Assembly (NCBI GenBank): GCA_025060295.1
Contig: JANXCH010000011.1
Span: 87,904 to 151,903 of the forward strand
From: Dehalococcoidia bacterium
Lineage (GTDB): Bacteria; Chloroflexota; Dehalococcoidia; Lucifugimonadales; HRBIN23
Direction of reading: 5' to 3'
Length of the DNA: 64,000 bases
Part shown: positions 49,241 through 57,492 of the stretch, one piece after another
Numbering within the stretch: position 1 is the stretch's first letter
Layout of the letters: every line of letters starts with the position of its first letter
Made by a program: the position numbers and the translations under genes
Notes under the pieces: generated by a model
Seen by the model: only the letters and a program-made list of their open reading frames with translations
Told to the model about the DNA's origin: nothing
Databases searched by the model: none

Positions 49241-50684
49241 CCCGTCCGATTCCCTGGTGCGGAAGGTGGCCCGCTCCCTGGAGGGGGCGGGCATGGGGGG
49301 AAAAGCCCTCCTCGTGGCCGTCTCCGGCGGGCCCGATTCCCTGGCATTGCTCTACGCCTTGCACACTTTAGGCGAGAGGTATGCCCTGCGCCTGTTCGTG
49401 GGCACCGTAGACCACCGTTTGCGCCCCACCAGCGCCCAGGAGGCCCAAGTGGTGGCCCAGCACGCCCAGGCCCTGGGCCTCCCCTGCCAGGTGCTCACCG
49501 CCGATGTGCGCTCCTACCAGCGCGCCCATCGCCTCACCCTGGAGCAGGCGGCGCGGGAGGTGCGCTATACTCTGCTGGCTCAGACCCTTCGTGCGCGAGG
49601 GGCTGATGCCCTCACCCTGGGCCACACCGCCACCGACCAGGCGGAAACGCTCCTTCTGCACATGGCACGGGGGGCAGGGCTGACAGGCCTGCGGGGGATG
49701 CGTGTTCTTTCCCCCCTGCCCACCCCGGTCGGCCCTGTTCAAGCCTTTCGCCCCCTGTTGGAGTGCCACCGCAGGGAAACCGAGGCCTTCTGCCAACGGT
49801 GGGGGCTGACCCCCTGTGTGGACGAAAGCAATCGGGACCTGCGCTTTGCCCGCAACCGGGTGCGCTGGGGCGTGCTCCCGGCTCTGCGCGCCCTCAACCC
49901 CCAGGTAGAGGAGGCCCTGGTGCGCCTGGCCCGCACGGCGGAGCAGGTGCTGGACTACTTAGACTCCCAGGTCGCCCGCGTGCGGGAGGAGGTGGTATCT
50001 CCCGTGCCCTCTGGGGTGGGGGTGGACACCACCCGCTGGCGGGATCTGCACCCCGCCTTGCAACGGCACCTCCTCCGCACCCTGTGGGGAGAGGTGGCCG
50101 GCACCCCGGAGGGCCTCACCCAGGCCCATGTCGAGAGCATGGTTACCCTTTTGGGAGGCCCAGCGGGGCGGCGGCTGGCCTTACCGAGGGGCATCGTCCT
50201 GGAGTGCGGGTATGGGCGGGCGTGGCTTGTGCGGAGGGATGTGCCCTGCCCCTTGCCCACCGTGGCGGGGGAGGTTATCCTCCGCATCCCCGGCACGACC
50301 CCCCTGGACGGCTGGGAGGTGCACACCCGTTGCGTGGAGCCCCCCGTGCCCTATCGGGAGGCGGGCCCCCTGCAGGCCTACTTAGATGCCGATGCCGTCG
50401 GGATGACTTTGCGCCTGCGGACGCGCCGGCCGGGCGACCGCTTCTGGCCTTTGGGGATGCCTGGCCCCAAGCGCCTGCACGATTTCCTGGTGGATGCCCA
50501 CATTCCGCGGCGGTGGCGGGAGCGGTTAGCGCTTCTGGAGGGGCGGGAGGGCATTGCGTGGGTGCTCGGCGTGCGCATCGCCCATTGGGCGCGGGTAACG
50601 CCGCAGACGCGGCGGGTGCTGGTGGCGGAGGCGCGCCCGGCACAGGAGACGGCTTCCCCCCGGGGTGAAGCCGAAGGGGAATAA
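49230..50684 (+). CDS. tilS: tRNA(Ile)-lysidine synthetase
   Basis: Reads MRPDPSDSLV...LLVAVSGGPDSLALL (the PP-loop SGGxDS)...GHTATDQAET. It overlaps the upstream gene by 11 nt. Confidence 0.88.
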   Translation: MRPDPSDSLVRKVARSLEGAGMGGKALLVAVSGGPDSLALLYALHTLGERYALRLFVGTVDHRLRPTSAQEAQVVAQHAQALGLPCQVLTADVRSYQRAHRLTLEQAAREVRYTLLAQTLRARGADALTLGHTATDQAETLLLHMARGAGLTGLRGMRVLSPLPTPVGPVQAFRPLLECHRRETEAFCQRWGLTPCVDESNRDLRFARNRVRWGVLPALRALNPQVEEALVRLARTAEQVLDYLDSQVARVREEVVSPVPSGVGVDTTRWRDLHPALQRHLLRTLWGEVAGTPEGLTQAHVESMVTLLGGPAGRRLALPRGIVLECGYGRAWLVRRDVPCPLPTVAGEVILRIPGTTPLDGWEVHTRCVEPPVPYREAGPLQAYLDADAVGMTLRLRTRRPGDRFWPLGMPGPKRLHDFLVDAHIPRRWRERLALLEGREGIAWVLGVRIAHWARVTPQTRRVLVAEARPAQETASPRGEAEGE

Positions 50685-50688
50685 GAGG

Positions 50689-50718
50689 AAAAAACAACGG
50701 CCAGCCCGTGGGCTGACC
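50689..50718 (-). terminator. intrinsic terminator of the solitary 16S unit
   Basis: The minus strand reads GGTCAGCCC-ACG-GGCTGGCC followed by GTTGTTTTTT. Confidence 0.6.
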
Positions 50719-50723
50719 AGAAC

Positions 50724-50757
50724 GGGGCACCTTACGGAGCGGAGAACGGGAGGAAGG
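50724..50757 (-). other. 3' half of the 16S pre-rRNA processing stem
   Basis: The minus-strand CCTTCCTCCCGTTCTCCGCTCCGTAAGGTGCCCC is complementary to the leader GGGGCACCTTAACAAGCGGAGAACGGGAGGAAGG (52424..52391). This gives a ~30-bp helix with one internal loop. Confidence 0.75.
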
Positions 50758-50879
50758 GTATGGTCTCTGCAGGAAGGCCCCTCTGAGCAGGAGCGATGGC
50801 GTTGGAGGGGGCAACGCCTCTGGGGGAGATCCCCCAGGCTCCTACCCACCGACCTAGGACTGCGCTGACGCGCACTCCC

Positions 50880-52380
<1,501 letters not shown>

Positions 52381-52390
52381 AGGAACCTTA

Positions 52391-52424
52391 CCTTCCTCCC
52401 GTTCTCCGCTTGTTAAGGTGCCCC
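52391..52424 (-). other. 5' half of the 16S processing stem, containing the boxA-like GCACCTTAACAAG (52421..52409)
   Basis: See the complementary 3' half at 50724..50757. The boxA-like 13-mer is identical to that in the 23S leader. Confidence 0.7.
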
Positions 52425-52460
52425 GTCGGGTCAGGGGGCTGTCCCCCCAACCCATCGCTC

Positions 52461-52489
52461 ATTATAGGCCACCCCACGCCCCCTGTCAA
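52461..52489 (-). promoter_or_regulatory. 16S rRNA promoter P1
   Basis: The minus strand has a perfect consensus: TTGACA (52489..52484), a 17-nt spacer, then TATAAT (52466..52461), ~75 nt upstream of mature 16S. Confidence 0.75.
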
Positions 52490-52579
52490 GGGGTGCCCCC
52501 CGGGAATTTCCCCGACACCAAACGGGGGGCGAGCCCCCGCAGAGACCCGCCCCCCTTGCCCATCTACCAGCGCACGGCT

Positions 52580-52612
52580 TTACTTCTTCTTGGGAGCGGG
52601 CTTGCCCTTCAC
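52580..52612 (-). CDS. micro-ORF A, 10 codons: MKGKPAPKKK
   Basis: GTG AAG GGC AAG CCC GCT CCC AAG AAG AAG TAA lies 8 nt downstream of AGAAAGGGGGTGA (52630..52618). That element is complementary to the 16S 3' end at 12 of 13 positions. A paralogous copy lies at 52944..52976. Confidence 0.45.
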   Translation of the reverse strand: MKGKPAPKKK

Positions 52613-52659
52613 CTGCGTCACCCCCTTTCTGTGCGGTGGTGGGCTCCCCTACGGACACC

Positions 52660-52693
52660 AAAAACGGCCCCCGACGCCTCACCGTCGGCGGGC
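52660..52693 (-). terminator. leader hairpin plus U-run upstream of micro-ORF A (attenuator or sRNA terminator)
   Basis: The minus strand reads GGCCCGCCGAC-GGTGAGGC-GTCGGGGGCC followed by GTTTTT. Confidence 0.5.
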
Positions 52694-52766
52694 CGTGCCG
52701 TAGGCGTTACCAAGACCCTGGGGGACGATGCGTCGTCCATCTTCTCCCGCAACCTGCCCTGTTTTT

Positions 52767-52794
52767 ACAGTAGCAAACAGACCCTCTTTGTCAA
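52767..52794 (-). promoter_or_regulatory. promoter P2 (cassette A)
   Basis: The minus strand reads TTGACA (52794..52789), a 16-nt spacer, then TACTGT (52772..52767) with an extended -10 TG (TGCTACTGT). An A/T-rich GATAAAAATTG lies upstream of the -35. Confidence 0.5.
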
Positions 52795-52943
52795 GGGGTT
52801 TGGGGCGCAATTTTTATCCCCTCCACGATTTGGCCGAATTTCCCCCGCACATCAGCAGGGGCTCCTCCCCACACCCCCACAAAAGGGAGACGGGCCCCGT
52901 TCCCAGGACCCGCCCCCTGAACGATCTCCCAGCGGGGATGGTG

Positions 52944-52976
52944 TTACTTCTTCTTGGGCTCGGGCTTACCCTTCAC
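52944..52976 (-). CDS. micro-ORF B, 10 codons: MKGKPEPKKK
   Basis: GTG AAG GGT AAG CCC GAG CCC AAG AAG AAG TAA lies 8 nt downstream of GGAGAAAGGGGGTGAT (52996..52981). Confidence 0.45.
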   Translation of the reverse strand: MKGKPEPKKK

Positions 52977-53017
52977 GACAATCACCCCCTTTCTCCACGC
53001 TGGGCATGGCCAACGGC

Positions 53018-53050
53018 AAAAAAAGAACCCCCGACCTCGGTGGAGGCCGG
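53018..53050 (-). terminator. leader hairpin plus U-run upstream of micro-ORF B
   Basis: The minus strand reads CCGGCCTC-CACC-GAGGTCGG, then GGGTTC, then TTTTTTT. The U-run is 6 nt from the stem, so this is less canonical than copy A. Confidence 0.4.
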
Positions 53051-53132
53051 CGGCCCCAAGCGCTGGCGTGTGGGACCACGACGCGGCGAAGAGCCTTCGT
53101 CCATCCCGTGCCCAATCAGTTTGCAATTCCCT

Positions 53133-53160
53133 ACTATAGCACGGCCCCGCCCCTTGTCAA
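53133..53160 (-). promoter_or_regulatory. promoter P3 (cassette B)
   Basis: The minus strand reads TTGACA (53160..53155), a 16-nt spacer, then TATAGT (53138..53133) with an extended -10 TG (TGCTATAGT). The -35 sits inside the perfect palindrome CCCCTTGACAAGGGG. Confidence 0.55.
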
Positions 53161-53200
53161 GGGGGCCCAGCCCCCTGGCTAGCCCCCCGGGAGCACCCTG

Positions 53201-54139
53201 CTATCTTTTCCCCACAACACCCCACACCCCACCTAGAATAAGGGCACCCCCCACCAGGGTGGTGGAGGACGGCGTCTCCCCCAGCACCAGCCATGCCAAA
53301 ACGGTGGCCACCACCGGCTCCGTCATGACCACCGCCGACACCACCACCGCCCGCAAGCGCCCCAGGGTCCAGTTGAGCAGAGTGTGCCCCACCATTTGGG
53401 GGAGCAGCGCCACCAACAGCAGGAAGCCCAACGTCCGCAATGTGAAGCCCCACACGGGCGCACCCCCCAGCAGGCTGGCCCCCACCAGCACCAGCGCCGC
53501 TGTCCCATACACCGGCCCAATGTAGGCCAGCAAGGGCAGGTGGGGGCGCACCGCCCGGCCAATGGTGTAATAGACCGCCACGCCCACCGCCCCCAGAAGG
53601 GCCAACCCATCCCCCAGCAGCTCCCTCCGCCCCAGGCGGAAGTCGCCCCATCCCAACACCAGCCCCCCCACCAGGGCCACCCCTATCCCCACGAGCACAC
53701 GCCTCCCCGGCCGCTCCCCCAGGAACACCCACCCCAACACCGCCACCAAAAGGGGATTAGATGTTACGATGACCACCGAACTGGCTACGGTAGTGTAGTC
53801 CAGGGAGGCGATCCAAAAGGCAAAATGCACGGCTAACGCCACGCCCGAAAGGACGAGTAGCCCCCCTGTGCGCCAGCCCATGTGCAGCAGGACACGCCCG
53901 TGCAGGGCCCACGCCAGGGGCAGAAACGCCAGCGCCGCCACCCCTGTCCTCCAGGTGGAGACGGTCAGAGCAGGGGCATCGGCCAAGCGAATGAGCACCG
54001 CCGCGCTGGAGACCGCCAGCACCCCCGCCACCAACGCCCCATAGGTAGCAGCATCCCGATGCCCAGGGGGGCCGCGAACCTCGGAGGAAACGGAAATGCC
54101 CACGCCGGCCTCTACCCTTCGGCGGGCTGGCTGAACCAA
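53201..54139 (-). CDS. DMT-superfamily (EamA-like) transporter; start uncertain
   Basis: 312 aa with ~10 hydrophobic segments and duplicated EamA-type halves. The listed start overlaps the upstream gene by 28 nt. Confidence 0.75.
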   Translation of the reverse strand: MVQPARRRVEAGVGISVSSEVRGPPGHRDAATYGALVAGVLAVSSAAVLIRLADAPALTVSTWRTGVAALAFLPLAWALHGRVLLHMGWRTGGLLVLSGVALAVHFAFWIASLDYTTVASSVVIVTSNPLLVAVLGWVFLGERPGRRVLVGIGVALVGGLVLGWGDFRLGRRELLGDGLALLGAVGVAVYYTIGRAVRPHLPLLAYIGPVYGTAALVLVGASLLGGAPVWGFTLRTLGFLLLVALLPQMVGHTLLNWTLGRLRAVVVSAVVMTEPVVATVLAWLVLGETPSSTTLVGGALILGGVWGVVGKR

Positions 54140-55146
54140 CGGGCCACTTCATCCCGCGGGAAGGTGGGCAGGGGCTCCCGATGCCCCCCACGCACCAGGA
54201 ACAACCCCTCCCCCTTGCCCAGCACCCGCCCAATGACGGCACAGGGAATACCCTCCTTCTCTACCGCCTGCCGCACACCCTTTTCGGCCTCGGGGGGCAC
54301 CACAATGAGCAGGGCACCCGATGCCAACATCCCCAAAGGGTCTAACCCCAACGCCCCACACACCGCCCGACACTCCTCCAGGACGGGGATAGCCTCTGCA
54401 TCCACCTCCAATCCCACGCCGGCGGGGTGGGCCAGCTCCCAGAGGGCGGTGGCTAACCCCCCTTCGGTGGGGTCGTGGAGGGCGTGTATTTGCCCCGTTG
54501 CTGCCGCTGCCAACGCCTCCCGCACGATGCTAATGCCAGGCTCCACTAGGAGGCGTTGGGCCTGGGCCACCTGGTCTCGGGTCAGGCCCCTCCGCAGGAG
54601 AGCCTCCTCCGCCTCCCGGGCCAGCAAGGCCGTCCCCTCCAGAGCGATGCCCTTGGTGAGGAGAATCAGGTCACCGGGATGAGCACCCCCCGGGCGCACC
54701 AGGCGCTCCCGCTCCACCTCCCCCAGCATGGCCCCGATGGCCAAAGGGCGCGTCAACCCGTAGGTTACCTCCGTATGCCCCCCGATGAGGGTGATGTCCA
54801 AAGCGCGGCACGCCTCCACCACCTGGCGGAAGATGTCCTCGGCCAGGGCAGGAGTGCATCCCTCGGGAAGTAAAAGGGTACACACCAGCCAGCGGGGACG
54901 GGCCCCCATGCAGGCGATATCATTGGCATTCACCTGCACCACATACCACCCGATGCGGTCGGTGGCGAAAGTAATGGGGTCGCTCTTGGCCACCAGCAGG
55001 CGCCCCCCCATCTCCACCACCGCAGCATCGGCCCCCACGCCGGGGCCGACGAGGACGCGGGGGTCGGTGCCCTGGGCCATGCCCAGCAGGCGCTCCAGCA
55101 GAGGAGCGGGCAGTTTCCCCACCCATAAGCCGTGTGTATTCCCCAT
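54112..55146 (-). CDS. AIR synthase-related (PurM/ThiL/HypE superfamily) protein
   Basis: Reads ...GPGVGADAAVV...AKSDPITF...VNANDIACMGARP...GGHTEV.... Confidence 0.7.
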   Translation of the reverse strand: MGNTHGLWVGKLPAPLLERLLGMAQGTDPRVLVGPGVGADAAVVEMGGRLLVAKSDPITFATDRIGWYVVQVNANDIACMGARPRWLVCTLLLPEGCTPALAEDIFRQVVEACRALDITLIGGHTEVTYGLTRPLAIGAMLGEVERERLVRPGGAHPGDLILLTKGIALEGTALLAREAEEALLRRGLTRDQVAQAQRLLVEPGISIVREALAAAATGQIHALHDPTEGGLATALWELAHPAGVGLEVDAEAIPVLEECRAVCGALGLDPLGMLASGALLIVVPPEAEKGVRQAVEKEGIPCAVIGRVLGKGEGLFLVRGGHREPLPTFPRDEVARWFSQPAEG

Positions 55147-55217
55147 AGGGCGCCTCCCCTTGCCTTATCCCGCTTCTTTATGCCATCATACCCCCAGACT
55201 TGCCCGGGAGGACGCCT

Positions 55218-56084
55218 ATGGTGCAGGTGGGCACGCGGCCGTACACCTATCGTCTGGTGGAGGGGTGGGCACACCTCCCCCGCTGGTGGGAGATGGGCGA
55301 GGTGGCCGATGTGGCCATCAGCCCAGAGGGGCTGGTATTCGTCTACTGTCGGGGGGCACACCCTGTCCTGGTGTTGGAACGGGATGGGCGCTTCGTCTCC
55401 TCGTGGGGCGAGGGCCAGTTCCGCAACCCCCACGGCCTCACCTTCGCTCCCGACGGCACCCTCTACCTGGTCGACCGGGACTCCCATGTGGTGCTCCAGT
55501 ATACCCCCGAGGGACGCCTGCTCAAGACCCTGGGCACCCGCGACGCCCCCAGTCCCACCCTGTTCGGCCGCCCCTTCAACATGCCCGCCAAGGTGGCCTT
55601 CGCCCCCTCGGGCCACTTCTTCGTGGCCGACGGTTATGGCAACCGCCGTGTCCACAAGTTCGCCCCCGATGGCACCCTCCTCCTCTCCTGGGGCGAGCCC
55701 GGCACTGGCCCCGGCCAGTTCGCTTTGGTGCACAGCCTCATCGTGGACCCCAGAGGGCGGGTGCTGGTGTGCGACCGGGAGAACGACCGCATCCAGATTT
55801 TTGACCAGGAGGGGCGCTTCCTGGGGCAGTGGACAGGCATCCCCCGCCCGGCGGGCCTGGCCCTGGACGCCCAGGGCACCCTCTATGTGGCCGAGTTGGG
55901 GAGCCGCAGCGGCCCCCCTGGGGTGAGCATCTGGACGCTGGACGGCCAGTGCCTCGCCCGCTGGAGCAAGGAGCAGTGCCCCACCATCGCCGCCCCCCAC
56001 GCCCTCGCCGTGGACGCCCGCGGCGATATCTACCTGGCCGAGGTGGCCCCCGGACGCCAACTGTTGAAGTTCGCCCGCCTCTAA
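55218..56084 (+). CDS. NHL-repeat beta-propeller protein (peptidyl-alpha-hydroxyglycine lyase-like)
   Basis: Contains repeated units ...FRNPHGLTFAPDGTLYLVDRDSHVV..., FNMPAKVAFAPSGHFFVADGYGNRRVHKF, and GQFALVHSLIVDPRGRVLVCDRENDRIQIF. ATG 55218 is preceded by GGGAGGA. The track start at 55200 is a TTG. Confidence 0.75.
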   Translation: MVQVGTRPYTYRLVEGWAHLPRWWEMGEVADVAISPEGLVFVYCRGAHPVLVLERDGRFVSSWGEGQFRNPHGLTFAPDGTLYLVDRDSHVVLQYTPEGRLLKTLGTRDAPSPTLFGRPFNMPAKVAFAPSGHFFVADGYGNRRVHKFAPDGTLLLSWGEPGTGPGQFALVHSLIVDPRGRVLVCDRENDRIQIFDQEGRFLGQWTGIPRPAGLALDAQGTLYVAELGSRSGPPGVSIWTLDGQCLARWSKEQCPTIAAPHALAVDARGDIYLAEVAPGRQLLKFARL

Positions 56085-56130
56085 CCTGCGGGGCACGCAC
56101 CATACACCCCCACCCAGCAAGGAGGACACT

Positions 56131-56523
56131 ATGCCCAAACAGATTATCAACCCCCCCACAGTGCACACCCCCATCGGCCGTGGCTACTCCCACGCCGTCA
56201 AGGTGGGGAACACCGTCTACATCGCCGGCCAGGTGGCGCTGGACGCCCAGGGCACCCTGGTCGGCAAGGGGGACATCCGCGCCCAAACCGACCAGGTGTT
56301 CCGCAACCTCCAGGCCGTTCTGCAGGCCTGCGGGGGCTCCTTGCGCGACCTGGTGAAGATCAACGTCTACCTGGTACGGGCCGAGGACATCCCCGCCTTC
56401 CGCGAGGTGCGCTCCCGCTACCTCGCCCAGGAGCCTCCCGCCTCCACCTTGGCCGTCATCTGCCAACTGGCCTCCCCCGACTTCCTAGTGGAAGTGGAGG
56501 GCATCGCCGTCGTCGGTGCCTAA
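56131..56523 (+). CDS. RidA/YjgF-family reactive intermediate deaminase
   Basis: 130 aa. Reads ...YSHAVKVGNTVYIAGQVALD...NVYL...PASTLAV...VEVEGIAV. An AAGGAGG SD is present. Confidence 0.85.
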   Translation: MPKQIINPPTVHTPIGRGYSHAVKVGNTVYIAGQVALDAQGTLVGKGDIRAQTDQVFRNLQAVLQACGGSLRDLVKINVYLVRAEDIPAFREVRSRYLAQEPPASTLAVICQLASPDFLVEVEGIAVVGA

Positions 56524-56550
56524 TCGTGTTGTACCACAGGGAGGGAAAGA

Positions 56551-57450
56551 ATGCCCGCACCGGTTGCCTTTGTCGGCTTGGGGCTGATGGGAAAGCCCAT
56601 GGCCCGCAACATTTTGAAGGCCGGCTTCCCCCTGACCGTCTGGAACCGCACCCCCAGCAAGGCCCAGGACCTTCTGCAAGAAGGGGCGCGCTGGGCCCCT
56701 TCCCCCGCCGATGCCGCCCGTCAGGCCGACATCACCATCACCTGCGTGACCGACTCCCCCGATGTGGAGGAGGTGGTGCTGGGGCCTCAGGGGATCATCC
56801 ACGGTGCCCGCCCCGACAGCATCCTCGTGGACATGAGCACCATCTCCCCCAAAGTTACCCAGACCATCGCCCAACGCCTGAAGGAGAAGGGCATCCATAT
56901 GCTGGATGCTCCCGTCAGTGGGGGCGTCTGGGGAGCCATCAACGCCACCCTCTCCATCATGGTGGGGGGCGAGAAGGCCGTCCTGGAGCGGGCCATGCCT
57001 GTCCTGCAAGCCATGGGCAAGCGCATCACCCACTGCGGGGGCAACGGCATGGGCCAGGTGGCCAAGGCGGTCAACCAAATCATTGTCGCCGGCACCCTGG
57101 CGGCCGTGTGCGAGGGGCTGGTCTTCGCAGCCCGGGCAGGTGCCAATCTTCAGGCCGTCTTCCAGGCCGTGACGGGCGGGGCCGCCAACTCCTGGCAACT
57201 GGAGAACCTGGGTGCCCGCATCCTGAAGGGCGACTTCGCCCCCGGCTTTATGGTCAAACTCCAGCAGAAGGACCTGCGCATCATCCTGGAATCGGCACGG
57301 GAGTGGCACCTGCCCCTCTTCACCACCCCCATCGTCAACCAGGTGTTCCACATTCTTGAGCGCCAAGGCCTCGGAGAAGAGGGCACCCAGGCTTACATCA
57401 AGGCGTTGGAGCAACTGGCGGGGGTGCAGGCCCGCCTCCCCTCGGCCTAG
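56551..57450 (+). CDS. NAD(P)-dependent 3-hydroxyisobutyrate / 2-hydroxy-3-oxopropionate reductase-family dehydrogenase
   Basis: Reads VAFVGLGLMGKPMARN...DAPVSGG...GNGMGQVAKAVNQ...KDLRI. Confidence 0.85.
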   Translation: MPAPVAFVGLGLMGKPMARNILKAGFPLTVWNRTPSKAQDLLQEGARWAPSPADAARQADITITCVTDSPDVEEVVLGPQGIIHGARPDSILVDMSTISPKVTQTIAQRLKEKGIHMLDAPVSGGVWGAINATLSIMVGGEKAVLERAMPVLQAMGKRITHCGGNGMGQVAKAVNQIIVAGTLAAVCEGLVFAARAGANLQAVFQAVTGGAANSWQLENLGARILKGDFAPGFMVKLQQKDLRIILESAREWHLPLFTTPIVNQVFHILERQGLGEEGTQAYIKALEQLAGVQARLPSA

Positions 57451-57492
57451 ACCACGCCGTCCCATACCACCCACCCCCCTGCCCCTGCTAGC

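Larger units (their letters stand above)
52490..53160 (-). repeat. two tandem diverged copies (~305 and ~365 bp) of a promoter-leader-SD-microORF-hairpin module
   Basis: The shared blocks occur in the same order: TTGACA promoter, GATGGACGA..TCGT, GGCC.GCCG...GTCGGGGG plus U-run, AGAAAGGGGGTGA, the micro-ORF, a GC hairpin (52555..52524 and 52917..52885), GGGGAAATTC (52513..52504 and 52845..52836), and CCCC-TTGACA of the next promoter. Confidence 0.7.

Noticed and set aside
52715-52740. GGACGA-containing hairpin (GATGGACGACGCATCGTCC) as a possible guanidine-II (mini-ykkC, ACGR loop) riboswitch
   Set aside because: There is only one such hairpin per leader. The closing pairs do not fit the ACGR-loop consensus. 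Copy B lacks the same fold. The downstream gene is not a guanidine exporter or carboxylase.
53018-53130. Whether the ~100-nt leader RNAs upstream of the micro-ORFs are the missing 5S rRNA (copy B contains GTGGTCCCACA, reminiscent of the 5S GGTGGTCCCACC)
   Set aside because: Beyond that 11-mer, nothing matches 5S. There is no CCGAAC..AGAAGTGAAAC block and no terminal helix. The two copies also differ from each other far more than rRNA paralogs would.
52418-53525. 254-aa and 265-aa + strand ORFs covering the rrs upstream region
   Set aside because: They are Pro/Arg/Gly-rich and cross three minus-strand promoters and hairpins. They have no SD and no family resemblance.
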